The notes: generated from the sequence alone by a model not told the origin. A DNA stretch of 64,000 nucleotides from Candidatus Poribacteria bacterium (GCA_965222225.1 CBDCTK010000002.1:3296001-3360000); one strand, 5' to 3'. Counted from the stretch's first letter, positions 49,773 through 59,734 are shown. A program made the numbers and translations.

Positions 49773-51035
49773 CTAGCTTATTCCCCGTCGATCCATTTCC
49801 GCTCTGCCTTGTCTTATCAAGTCGCCGGTGACATCGCCGAAGAACTCCTGGGGCCAATTGCTGATGTTGCCGTATTCATCAACTTGTAGCGGTTCAATTT
49901 CGGATACCCCGTCGTTAATTTGACAGAAATAGAGCGCCGTGTCATCCACGCACAGTTGTTCCTCGGCGGTGCGGAGCATTAAGCGGTGAAGCAGGTGCTC
50001 GCTGTGGCTTTCAAGGATAATCTGCAGATTTTGACTCTTCACGGCATGAATGAGAACATCACCCAGTTCGGATTGCACTTTCGGATGGAGGTGTGCCTCG
50101 GGCTGTTCGAGAATGAGGATTGAGCCTTCGGGTGCGTAATAACAGAGAATCAACACCGGCAGCACTTGGGAGACGCCGAAACCCACGTCGGTTAGTTGGA
50201 TTTCGGGACCGCCCTTGTACTTTCTGATGAGAAATTCGTAATCCTTTTCTGTACCAGAAACGGGAACAAGGCGATAGGAGTCTATCAAACCCAATTCTTG
50301 TAACCACTTCACTATTTGTTTGTCAACTGAGAGAAGTCGAACTCGCCCTGAAAGCATTGCAGGAACCATCTTTTCTCCATGCCGTCCAACCCCTTCTGGA
50401 TGGTCGCCATTCCACGTATACTGATGTCGAGGATATTCGCGCAGCGGACCTAGGTAGTGAATTCGGGCGAAAAGGTTTTCAAAAGCTTCTTCAAGGCCAG
50501 AGAAAAACCGTTGAGTAAAATCAGCAGGTGGAGAGTTGGATGACAAATCCCGAATGCCGTAGCATCGAAATAAAGATTCGATGCGTCCTTTTCCTATGGG
50601 AGTAACGGCATTGTGGTCCGGGCCTTCAGGCAAAATCTCAAAGCAATGCTCACCAACTTGGTAAGAGAACCTGCCTACACTCTTGTTATGGAAATTAAAG
50701 TAAAAATTAAGGACGTCAAGTTCATATGTATTCATAAGCATCTTCTTTTCGGGCACGCGCCACGATACAGAGATGCCAAGACTTATACCATTTCCGGACC
50801 GGTGAATAACATCATCAAAGCTACCCAAGTTGGCCAACGAATGCTCATCACCAAAGTAGAGTGGTTCATTCCAGTCCGGTGGACGCTCCACGGTCTGTTT
50901 GAGCATCAGCAACACCTGCAAGATACTGGTTTTGCCGGAGCTATTCGCACCGAAAAATCCGGTTATTGGGGCGAAACGCAATTTGCCTGTGTCTTCCCAC
51001 GATTTGAAGTTCTGTGCCCTGAGTTTCGTTATCAT
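49773..51035 (-). CDS. ABC-type ATPase (AAA_21/AAA_15) with DUF3696-like C-terminus, paralog 1
   Basis: Same motifs as paralog 2; AAGGAGG RBS upstream. Confidence 0.88.
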   Translation of the reverse strand: MITKLRAQNFKSWEDTGKLRFAPITGFFGANSSGKTSILQVLLMLKQTVERPPDWNEPLYFGDEHSLANLGSFDDVIHRSGNGISLGISVSWRVPEKKMLMNTYELDVLNFYFNFHNKSVGRFSYQVGEHCFEILPEGPDHNAVTPIGKGRIESLFRCYGIRDLSSNSPPADFTQRFFSGLEEAFENLFARIHYLGPLREYPRHQYTWNGDHPEGVGRHGEKMVPAMLSGRVRLLSVDKQIVKWLQELGLIDSYRLVPVSGTEKDYEFLIRKYKGGPEIQLTDVGFGVSQVLPVLILCYYAPEGSILILEQPEAHLHPKVQSELGDVLIHAVKSQNLQIILESHSEHLLHRLMLRTAEEQLCVDDTALYFCQINDGVSEIEPLQVDEYGNISNWPQEFFGDVTGDLIRQGRAEMDRRGIS

Positions 51036-51065
51036 AGCCTATACCTCCTTTCCGTCCGTCTAAAT

Positions 51066-52109
51066 TAGGAGTTACGCAGTTGGCTGAAGCGTATAAAGAG
51101 GTTGTGCCAAATAAGCCCGTACCGCATCTCTGACAATAGAGAGTTTTGCATCAAACCAACTGATACCGGTATGATAGCAATAGTGCTCAATTCTCAGAAA
51201 GGCTCTCAGCGCTAAACCGATATGATTTCTTTGAGTGCGAGCAGAGCGCACTTGTGCGCGTTCAATGCCAACAAATTGCTTAATCCCGCGATGATATTCT
51301 TCTATTGTCCAAGACCATTCGGCATATTTGAGACGCGTCAATTCGTCCATCTGTAAATCATTCGTTGCCCAATATTCAATGTCACCTTCTGGAGTGTCAA
51401 CCTTAAATACTCGAATCAATCCATAGCCTTTGAGATGGACAATTGTACCTGTTGATTCACTCGGAAGCGTACTCACCGGACGGTTACCGGAATAATCTTT
51501 ACTGACAAGTCGGTTGGCAGCTAGACGAGTAAGCCACTTCCAACCATGACCTCGCACCGCTTTTAGATTCTTTAGACTGGCATACCAACTATCAAAACAC
51601 ACACATTCAGGAGCAAAACCGCGTGTTTTCGCTTCTTCAAGCATGGCGCGGAAATGCTCATTCTTCGTCAAGCCGTCTTTGGCTTTATCATAGATTCGAT
51701 AATCACACGGAATATGTCTATCGCCATCCGTCCAGAGCAAAGTGACCAAGTTAATCCCATTCACAACTCGGTGGTGTTTCCCTGACCAGTGTTTTGTCAC
51801 GAGTTCAATCTTTTGTGAATAAGGTTTATCCAGAGTCGAGTCATCTATAACTAAAATTCCGGATTCTAATTTCACCTGATTTCTCGATTCTTGCCACAGT
51901 TTGCCAGTATCGGGTTCCTCTCGATGCAAGAGCCGTGTTATCGAATCGTGAGCCGGAGGATTATCAGCTTGGGGTTGAACTTTTTCCGATTCAAGACAAC
52001 TGTAACTTTTCTGAGCGGCTACCAAGAAATCAATATAGTCAGTGTCAGTATATTTAGGGGGATTCATACTCAAATTATAACCTATTTTCACTCAACTGCG
52101 TAACTCCTA
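51066..52109 (-). mobile_element. IS701-family insertion sequence, copy 2 (1044 bp)
   Basis: Same 17-bp IRs, own 5-bp target duplication TAAAT. Confidence 0.93.
51072..52091 (-). CDS. IS701-family DDE transposase
   Basis: Identical to copy 1 except LLWTDG versus LLRTDG. Confidence 0.9.
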   Translation of the reverse strand: MKIGYNLSMNPPKYTDTDYIDFLVAAQKSYSCLESEKVQPQADNPPAHDSITRLLHREEPDTGKLWQESRNQVKLESGILVIDDSTLDKPYSQKIELVTKHWSGKHHRVVNGINLVTLLWTDGDRHIPCDYRIYDKAKDGLTKNEHFRAMLEEAKTRGFAPECVCFDSWYASLKNLKAVRGHGWKWLTRLAANRLVSKDYSGNRPVSTLPSESTGTIVHLKGYGLIRVFKVDTPEGDIEYWATNDLQMDELTRLKYAEWSWTIEEYHRGIKQFVGIERAQVRSARTQRNHIGLALRAFLRIEHYCYHTGISWFDAKLSIVRDAVRAYLAQPLYTLQPTA

Positions 52110-52398
52110 TAAATTATACCATTTTTCTAAAATTCAAGTACATTGATTACGTGGAACAAGTAACGAAACTTGCAAGGAGCGGAATAAGAAGCATTGTGTC
52201 CGCACAAAAGCGGCGGGGCAAGGGGTCTCTATTGATCAACCGACCAAATAGGGAAGGCAATAGGTAAATTTACTCGTTATTCACTCGTTTGTGCCCGCTG
52301 GCGCTCTCAAAGGCTGGTAAGAGTTCTATCGCACTCCCTAGGCAGTCGCTTGATCGCAGTGCGCACCCTACAACTACACTAAATTATACCTTCTGTGG

Positions 52399-54156
52399 CT
52401 ACCCGTCTGAAACTAATTCTAACACGTCCCTCAGCAAGCCCTCGTTTTGACCCTCAAGCGCCCGCATCTCATCGGCGATCTCTTGGGGTGACCGCAGCGG
52501 CGTGTGACGATAGAAATAGCGATTGAAGTTGATTTCGTAGCCCACCTTGTCCTTCTTCCGATCCATCCAACCGTCCGGCAGGTGGGGTTTAATCTCTCGC
52601 CGGAAGTAGTCGCCGATGTCCTCCGCGAAGGGGATGCGCTCGTCCTCTCGCAGCGCGGTGTCCGGTTTCGGAACCCCCTTCTTGTCCTTTACGACCAACT
52701 CGTTTTGCTCGCCGGGGGCATCGCGCTTTTCGACCAGCGGTCTTTCGATAATCACCTTGGTGTAGCCGAAGAACTCGTTCGGATAGATCTTGGAGTGCTC
52801 GCATTCCTCGAAGTTCGTGTAGATGTGCACCAGCCGCTCAATGTGCAACTCGGAGATGAAAACGCTTTTGTTGCCGAGATTTCGTTTCATCGACTCGAAG
52901 AAACCGGCGCCGTTTATTAGTTGGATCTTGCCCCGCCGCCGATCCAGTTTGCGGTTCGTCAGGATCCAGATGTAGGTGGAGATGCTGGTGTTGAAGAAGA
53001 GTTTGTCGGGCAACGCGATGATGCACTCCAGCCAGTCGTTTTCGATAATCCAGCGTCGGATGTTACTCTCGCCGCTGCCGGCGTCGCCGGTGAACATCGG
53101 CGAGCCGTTCAGGACGATTCCTACACGGCTGCCGCGACTCTCCATCTTGGAGAGCATGTGCTGCAGGAATAGCAGCGCTCCGTCGGAACTGCGGGGCGTG
53201 CCGGCTGTGAACCTGCCGCCGGTAGTGCCCGCCTCCGCTTTCACGGCGGATTCATCGGACTTCCAACTGACGCCGAACGGTGGATTGGTTATCATGTAGT
53301 CGAAGCGTTTCCCTTGAAACTGGTCGTCGGAGAGGCAGGAGCCGAGTTGGACCGCGTCGGGGTTTTCGCCGGTTATCAGCATGTCCGATTTGCAGATGGC
53401 GTAGGTCTGCGGGTTGAGTTCCTGTCCTAACAGCCGGATATCGGCGTCCGGATTGATCTGCTCGCGAAAGTATTCCTTGCCAATCGTCAACATGCCGCCG
53501 GTGCCGCAGCAGGGATCGAAGATGCTGCGGATAACCCCCTGTCCGCGCGCCTCCTCGCTGTGTTCGGCGAATAGCAGGGAGACCAATAGCCGCACGACAT
53601 CCCGCGGCGTGTAGTGTTCCCCACTGGTCTCATTAGACATTTCCGAGAATCGGCGCAGCAACTCCTCAAACACCTGTCCCATGGTGTGGTTGTCCACCTG
53701 ATTCGGGTGCAGATCGACCTCCGTGAACTTGTCGCAGAAGATGAACAGTCGATTGTTCCTGTCCAGTCGGTCGATAAACTGATCGAGGTTGAAGTTTTCG
53801 ATGATGTCCCGGACATCCTTGCTGAAGCCGTTGAGGTAGTTGTTGAAGTTGAGACGGATGTTGTTGGGGTCGGCTTTCAGCCGGGAGAGGTCGTATCGGG
53901 AGGTGTTGTAGAAACTGGAATCCGTCTCTTTCAGAATTATCTGCGGCAGGGATTCTTCGGGGACGACATCTTTGAAGCGGCTGTAGGTTTCAATGGATTT
54001 GTCTTTTCGGTCGTCTTCCGTCAAGATGCAGTCCAATCGGCGCAGCACGAGAAAGGGGAGGGTGATGTCGCCGTATTCGTGGGGTTTGAATAAGCCTCGG
54101 AGGACATCGTCGGCTACGTTCCAAACGAGGTTTGAGAGTTCTTGGTAGTTTGCCAT
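52399..54156 (-). CDS. hsdM: Type I restriction-modification methyltransferase subunit
   Basis: GEHYTPRDVV, FDPCCGTGGM (motif I), TNPPFG (motif IV), GYEINFNRYFY. Confidence 0.95.
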   Translation of the reverse strand: MANYQELSNLVWNVADDVLRGLFKPHEYGDITLPFLVLRRLDCILTEDDRKDKSIETYSRFKDVVPEESLPQIILKETDSSFYNTSRYDLSRLKADPNNIRLNFNNYLNGFSKDVRDIIENFNLDQFIDRLDRNNRLFIFCDKFTEVDLHPNQVDNHTMGQVFEELLRRFSEMSNETSGEHYTPRDVVRLLVSLLFAEHSEEARGQGVIRSIFDPCCGTGGMLTIGKEYFREQINPDADIRLLGQELNPQTYAICKSDMLITGENPDAVQLGSCLSDDQFQGKRFDYMITNPPFGVSWKSDESAVKAEAGTTGGRFTAGTPRSSDGALLFLQHMLSKMESRGSRVGIVLNGSPMFTGDAGSGESNIRRWIIENDWLECIIALPDKLFFNTSISTYIWILTNRKLDRRRGKIQLINGAGFFESMKRNLGNKSVFISELHIERLVHIYTNFEECEHSKIYPNEFFGYTKVIIERPLVEKRDAPGEQNELVVKDKKGVPKPDTALREDERIPFAEDIGDYFRREIKPHLPDGWMDRKKDKVGYEINFNRYFYRHTPLRSPQEIADEMRALEGQNEGLLRDVLELVSDG

Positions 54157-54447
54157 GGTGGTTTATTAGGGAATCGGGGATTTGATAACCAGTGAGAAAT
54201 CTCTGTAGCATAGCTGTAGGGAACGCAGATCCGCGTTGCCTACATTAACCCTGTAGAGGATTCCATCTTCGGCAAAATATGAGAATCAATGTGCTGCGAA
54301 TGGATATGATTATGGTCGCTATACGCCAGGCGGTTTGCCACGGATTTCTATTGTAGCATGGGGACATTGGGGATGTCTATAGTGAGTTGGAAGATAGGGG
54401 AGTGGGGTGAGGAGTTCGGAGGAATGGTAGGCGGGGGAACTGTATTG

Positions 54448-54627
54448 GGATCTACTATCAGGACTTTCTATCGCCTTAGGTTCTCTATCGCGCATGCTAT
54501 TCAGGATCCCTATCGCGCAGGGATCTCTATCAGGATTTTCTATCGCCTTCGCTATTCACTCAGTTGATCGCTCCTTTTTCAGTCGCTTGATCTATTCGCT
54601 TCCTTGATCGTTCAGTTGATCCTACAA
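54448..54627 (+). repeat. Tandem mosaic of half-units of the 37-bp micro-repeat
   Basis: A run of GGA..CTATC(G) 5' halves followed by a run of ..TTGATC 3' halves; similar mosaics at about 37337-37632, 40615-40730 and 31630-31735(-). Confidence 0.75.
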
Positions 54628-54870
54628 ATGTAAAAAGTTGAGCTATGTTTTCAATTGATTTTAATCTATTAAAGGTTTACAATGGACTCAGTGTCCGTTG
54701 ATTGGAGATTACAAATCGCCCTGTGACTTTCTCCACTAGCGTTTTCATGTCCAGAAATGCCCACAGCTAAAAAGAATTGATAAATCTGGCTACGAAACGT
54801 CTCGGTACTGAAAGACAAAGGCAAATCAGTTCCGCGCCTGTCGTTACGAAAAATTAGGAGGATACATGCT

Positions 54871-56121
54871 TTGAAAGTTATAGGATACAGATGCACCTTG
54901 GGTATCGGAATGGCGGTTTTACTGTTTGCTTCACAACTGGTAGCTCTCGCGGAGGACAAGAAAAGCCCGATTAAAGTTGGGGGCGCCATGCGGGCGAACT
55001 ATATCTACGGTACTTACACCGACGATGGCCGAGGCGAGACGATTGGCGATGTCGCGCTTGAGTTATTTCGACTGAATGCAGACCTTGGCATTGACAACAT
55101 CATCGGTAGACTGGAATACCGGTGGTATCCCAGGTATGGGAGCAACTCCAGCGGCTACAGTATGATACATACAGCGTGGCTAGGGTATAATCTGGGCGAT
55201 CTGGGCACTATCAAGGCCGGCGTTATCCGCGCACCTTTCGGGCCCACCGCCTACGGCGTCTCTACTAGTTGGTTCTTTGACCAGCATTTTTATGTTGGGC
55301 TCGCTGACGACCAGGACCTCGGCATCAGATGGAACGCCACCTTTGATAAACTGATGCTTGATGTTGGCTACTACCCCATGAGCGAACCCCAGACGATAGG
55401 AAATAGTCTTGCGAGTTCGCGATATAGCTATGACGTTGTCAAATGGGAAGAAAAAGCCGACGCAGAAGGCACGGTTGAATGGGGTGCCGGTGAAAACGGG
55501 TATGATGAGCAACATCAACTTAACCTGCGTGCAATCTATGCGCTTGAGAAGATTGCGGATGTGGGCGTGTCGATTCAATACGGGTTGCTGAAGGCGGCGG
55601 AAGGCATGGATGATGACGGCGCGAATCACTATGCGCTCTCTGCGCACATGAAGAACGTGTTCTCGGATTTCACGCTCTTTTCACAATTTTCCTATTATGC
55701 GCATAACATTACCGATGAAACTCCTTGGGGCACCGGCGACTTGATTCCAATGGGGGCTTACGATTTTGCTTGGCCCATAGCATCTAAGGGATTAATACCC
55801 GCGCTATCCCTGCGCTACAAGGGTATTGATACATCGGGTATTTCCTGGATTGACAGCGTTATGCCGTATATTGAAGCAAGCACTATCCTGAAAACGGTAG
55901 ATGGTTTCAACAACAGTACGTTGGTGACTCTTGGCGCTAGCTGGACAGTCCGTGGGAACCTGTATATCTACAGCGATCTGGCACTTTCCAACGGCAACTC
56001 CTTTGTCGGTAACGACGGGGATGTCTACGACAACATCTACACAGGGGCCGGTGACGTTGGCGCCAACGGAAATGACTCGTGGAATCGGCGCATTAATTTT
56101 AACTTCGGCTACTATTTCTAA
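54871..56121 (+). CDS. Outer-membrane porin-like protein linked to a BCCT transporter
   Basis: AGGAGG RBS + TTG start, signal peptide, amphipathic beta strands, C-terminal NFNFGYYF. Confidence 0.7.
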   Translation: MKVIGYRCTLGIGMAVLLFASQLVALAEDKKSPIKVGGAMRANYIYGTYTDDGRGETIGDVALELFRLNADLGIDNIIGRLEYRWYPRYGSNSSGYSMIHTAWLGYNLGDLGTIKAGVIRAPFGPTAYGVSTSWFFDQHFYVGLADDQDLGIRWNATFDKLMLDVGYYPMSEPQTIGNSLASSRYSYDVVKWEEKADAEGTVEWGAGENGYDEQHQLNLRAIYALEKIADVGVSIQYGLLKAAEGMDDDGANHYALSAHMKNVFSDFTLFSQFSYYAHNITDETPWGTGDLIPMGAYDFAWPIASKGLIPALSLRYKGIDTSGISWIDSVMPYIEASTILKTVDGFNNSTLVTLGASWTVRGNLYIYSDLALSNGNSFVGNDGDVYDNIYTGAGDVGANGNDSWNRRINFNFGYYF

Positions 56122-56181
56122 GTGGCTACGCTTGTAGCCGCGGACCGCTACGTCTGTCCAACTAGAAGGAGAATTTTGAAT

Positions 56182-57729
56182 ATGCGTGAAGAAGGAAATC
56201 AACCCCACCTACCGGAGGAAAGGGAGTACAGGAAACTGTTCGGCTTAGACATCTACTTGACTCCCGTATTTGTAATTTCCAGTATCGCCATCCTCATCTT
56301 CGTCGTCGGGGCGCTCGTATTCCAAGAAGGCGCGACAAAGGTTTTCGGAAACACCCGCACGTGGCTAACTACGAACCTTGATTGGTTATTCATGATCACC
56401 GCCAACCTTGTCTTTCTGTTTTGTCTGGTTGTGGCGATCTCTCCACTCGGCAAGGTGCGCCTCGGGGGTGTGGATGCAAAACCGGAATACTCCAACTTGA
56501 CCTGGCTTTCCATGCTCTTCGCGGCGGGCGTGGGCATCGGTCTGCTGTTTTTCGGGGTGGCGGAGCCGATGTACTACCTGCAAAACCCTCCGCTCGGCAT
56601 TACCGCCGGGACGGCGGAAGCCGCGACCGTCGGCATATCGGCGACGGTTTTTCACTGGGGGTTTCACGGCTGGGCAATCTATGGTGTCGTCGGACTCGCC
56701 CTCGGCTTCTTTGCCTACAATCGAGGCCTTCCCCTCACCATCCGCTCGGTGTTCTATCCCCTGCTCGGAGACCGCATCTGGGGCTGGCCCGGCCATGTCA
56801 TTGATACGTTCGCCATATTCGCGGGTCTGTTCGGGCTTGCGACCTCGCTCGGATTGGGGGTTAAACAGGTCACATCCGGCATGAACTATCTGTTCGATGT
56901 TCCCGCAAACAACATCACCATGGTGATACTGATTGTGGTGATTACGGCCATTGCTATGATATCGGTGTTAACCGGTATTAACGTCGGGATAAAGCGTCTC
57001 AGCCAGTTCAACGTAATCCTCGCGTTTCTGTTGCTGGTGGCTGTTATCATTCTCGGTCCAACACTCTACATTTTCCGCAGTATGTTCGATGGGCTTGTTG
57101 GCTATGTTGTTAAGATTGTGCCACTCAGCAACTGGATTGGACGGGAGGACACCGGCTTCTTTCACGGCTGGACCACGTTCTACTGGGCGTGGTGGATAGC
57201 ATGGGCGCCCTTCGTTGGCACCTTCATTGCCCGCATCTCAAAGGGGCGTACGGTACGCCAATTCGTAATATTCGTGTTACTCTTGCCGACACTGGTATGT
57301 TTACTCTGGTTTGGCGCCTTTGGCGGCACCGCCCTTCACCAACACCTCGTCGAGGGCTATACCGGTGTGACCGAGAATGTCAAGTTGGAACTCGCGCTTT
57401 TCAAAATGTTAGATCAACTGCCGTTAACGGCGCTACTTTCCTCCGTCGCTATGCTTCTAACAATCATCTTCTTCGTTACCTCGTCAGACTCAGGCTCACT
57501 CATCATTGACACCATCGCAGCCGGCGGCAAAATGGACGCGCCTGTAGCTCAGCGTGTGTTTTGGTGTTCGATTGAGGGGTTAATCGCCATCGCGTTATTG
57601 CTTGGAGGCGGGCTGAAATCGTTACAGGCGGCGGCGCTCGCAACCGGTTTCCCGTTTGCAATTGTCCTATTGGGAATGGCGGTGTGCGTCTGGATGGGGC
57701 TTCGGAAAGAGGCCGCTAATCCCACATAA
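56182..57729 (+). CDS. BCCT family (betaine/carnitine/choline) transporter
   Basis: SMLFAAGVGIG, FHWG.HGW, WTTFYWAWWIAWAPFVGTFIARISKGRT, TSSDSG; start taken at MREEG. Confidence 0.95.
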   Translation: MREEGNQPHLPEEREYRKLFGLDIYLTPVFVISSIAILIFVVGALVFQEGATKVFGNTRTWLTTNLDWLFMITANLVFLFCLVVAISPLGKVRLGGVDAKPEYSNLTWLSMLFAAGVGIGLLFFGVAEPMYYLQNPPLGITAGTAEAATVGISATVFHWGFHGWAIYGVVGLALGFFAYNRGLPLTIRSVFYPLLGDRIWGWPGHVIDTFAIFAGLFGLATSLGLGVKQVTSGMNYLFDVPANNITMVILIVVITAIAMISVLTGINVGIKRLSQFNVILAFLLLVAVIILGPTLYIFRSMFDGLVGYVVKIVPLSNWIGREDTGFFHGWTTFYWAWWIAWAPFVGTFIARISKGRTVRQFVIFVLLLPTLVCLLWFGAFGGTALHQHLVEGYTGVTENVKLELALFKMLDQLPLTALLSSVAMLLTIIFFVTSSDSGSLIIDTIAAGGKMDAPVAQRVFWCSIEGLIAIALLLGGGLKSLQAAALATGFPFAIVLLGMAVCVWMGLRKEAANPT

Positions 57730-57942
57730 GATGGGTACCGTGCACTATAGCATCTCCATGAACCCACGAATCCTAGGTGTGTTAGGTCTTAGGCAGTCGA
57801 ACACTCAAAGATGCTTAGTCAGGCGATTCTGTAGGGAATAACGAGGATCTCTATCGCGCTCGTTATTCCCTACAAGAGCCGCGTAACATAAAATCATGGC
57901 TGAAGATCGTAACTCCTGTTACTTACGTCAGTCTTGTCCGTG

Positions 57943-58167
57943 TCAAACACAATCATCTAACGCGCTCCAATCTTCCTTCGCTTCCGGCTCAGTGGGATTG
58001 ATGTATTTTATCGGCGTACTACGCAGCGGATATCGGTCTTTTTCACGCCGTTTTGAAACACATTGCAAAATAATGACTTCAACCAATTCCCCTACCTGAA
58101 TCGGCAAATCCTCTAATGTTACCCTTCGATCTTGGCTGATAACAGTTTCAACGCGGTGTGCATTCAT
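57943..58167 (-). CDS. Small putative type II antitoxin (AbrB-like N-terminus), orphan
   Basis: 74 aa, LEDLP...GELVEVIIL...YPLR...P.EP...DW. Followed by an overlapping ORF MIVFDT (ATG 57956) that stops after 20 codons. Confidence 0.55.
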   Translation of the reverse strand: MNAHRVETVISQDRRVTLEDLPIQVGELVEVIILQCVSKRREKDRYPLRSTPIKYINPTEPEAKEDWSALDDCV

Positions 58168-58383
58168 TCGAGACGTACTCCCAAATCCAGCTACAGTTCC
58201 TAACCCTACACCAGTTTCTATTTTTGCACATCGATCAGTGTGCTAACTGCAAACAAAAAACTCAATGAAATCCCTCGTGCGGTGCTATTATTGCGTGAAT
58301 AGCGGTTTATGTTTGGATAGGCCTTCGACAGGAATCCCGTTGGTTCGAGGTAAACAACGCTCCGTAGACGGTCGTTACTAAAG

Positions 58384-59448
58384 GTGCATGTATGTGTTAG
58401 CTTTATCTGTGAGTGTTGTTTCACGCTGTCAAGAGGAGATTGCAAGCTGTTCAATTCGAAAAAGACTAGGAGTTTTCTGTTTAGTTCACTCTTCTTAGCT
58501 TTCGTTGTACCCTCCGTTGTTGCACAAACTGATGCTTCGGCGCCTTCCACTGCTGTCTGCTTAATTGGCGACCATTTGGGCATCCCGGAAGCCGACGCAC
58601 ACACCGTGGCAATGCTGGTGTGTGATGAGCTGCGCAAGCAAGGTATATCAATTGGCGAGCCTGTTTACGAGGCGCCGACCTCAGCGAATGTCTATCGCGT
58701 TGTTTTACGACGTCTAGGCGAGAAGGTTTTTGTGCGCTTGAGTCAGGAAAACCCCGTCGGATCAATTCTTATTGTACGCCAAATCCTCTTGGCGAATATC
58801 GAAGAAATGGTCTCAGCCGCACCGAGGCTGGTTGATGCGCTTGTCGGCAGAAAGTCAATCGCTTGCACGGTAGGCATGGAGAATGTTACCGAACAGGAGG
58901 CGCGCGTGATTCGGAAGATAGCGGGTGAGTCTCTTTGGCATATGGGAATCCTCGGAGCCTTCATCCCCGGCACTGATATAGCAGCCGAACCCGGTTATGA
59001 ATTCGGTTGGTCTTATGAGACGCCAGCCTATGCTGTGGGGACCGAGTTTCGAGGCAGAGGACACGACGAATATGGGGACGACGGCAACCGTTTCTCATTC
59101 CACTCTTGGTCGATCGGCGGACGTTACTTCTTCAACAAACAGAATATGTCGCCCTATGCGGGCGGCGGCATCTCCATAGTCGGTGCAAGCTATGAAACGA
59201 AAGGAACGCAAAGAAAGGAGGATAGGATCAGTGACGAGTGGGAGCTGTACGACGATCACGATTCAGAAGAAAAAAGTGGTCTGGGCGCCTACGGTGTCGT
59301 GGGAATAGAGATTCTGCGCCTCGCCCAGAGTCGCTTGAAACTCGAATTGCGAGTGGATAGACCATTCTTTAAGTTGCCATCCCGAGACATGATGCCGGTA
59401 ACCGTGGGTATTTCTCTCTATATTCCCGGCAGTTTCTGCCTGTTCTAA
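58384..59448 (+). CDS. Hypothetical secreted protein with C-terminal outer-membrane beta-barrel-like domain
   Basis: Signal-like segment (FLFSSLFLAFVVPSVVA), GGRYFF..SPYAGGG motif; start uncertain. Confidence 0.55.
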   Translation: MHVCVSFICECCFTLSRGDCKLFNSKKTRSFLFSSLFLAFVVPSVVAQTDASAPSTAVCLIGDHLGIPEADAHTVAMLVCDELRKQGISIGEPVYEAPTSANVYRVVLRRLGEKVFVRLSQENPVGSILIVRQILLANIEEMVSAAPRLVDALVGRKSIACTVGMENVTEQEARVIRKIAGESLWHMGILGAFIPGTDIAAEPGYEFGWSYETPAYAVGTEFRGRGHDEYGDDGNRFSFHSWSIGGRYFFNKQNMSPYAGGGISIVGASYETKGTQRKEDRISDEWELYDDHDSEEKSGLGAYGVVGIEILRLAQSRLKLELRVDRPFFKLPSRDMMPVTVGISLYIPGSFCLF

Positions 59449-59734
59449 TTTCAAAGATTGTCCTGTTTTGCACTCCAGCGGAGTGCCATGTTTGTAGTAA
59501 AGGACATCTCCTATTTCCTCGCTCCAGCAGAGCGGCATGACTCTTAGAAATAGAACTATTGATGATAGAACTGACCGGTAGAAATACCGTGCAACCAAAT
59601 GACGCAATCCTCAATCATAAAATGCCTGGCCTCCCTTCTAATCTTTTCAGTTGCACATCCGGCACGGATATTTTGAACTCGTTTTATCGGGATTAAGATC
59701 GTGCGTTTATTTTCGATTATTCTGAAAAAAATAC

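Noticed and set aside
33556-52109. Composite transposon formed by the two IS701 copies
   Set aside because: Each copy has its own distinct 5-bp target duplication, so they inserted independently.
3523-54569. Micro-element variability as diversity-generating retroelement mutagenesis
   Set aside because: The variable columns do not trace to adenines on one strand, the copies are intergenic, and no reverse transcriptase is in the window.
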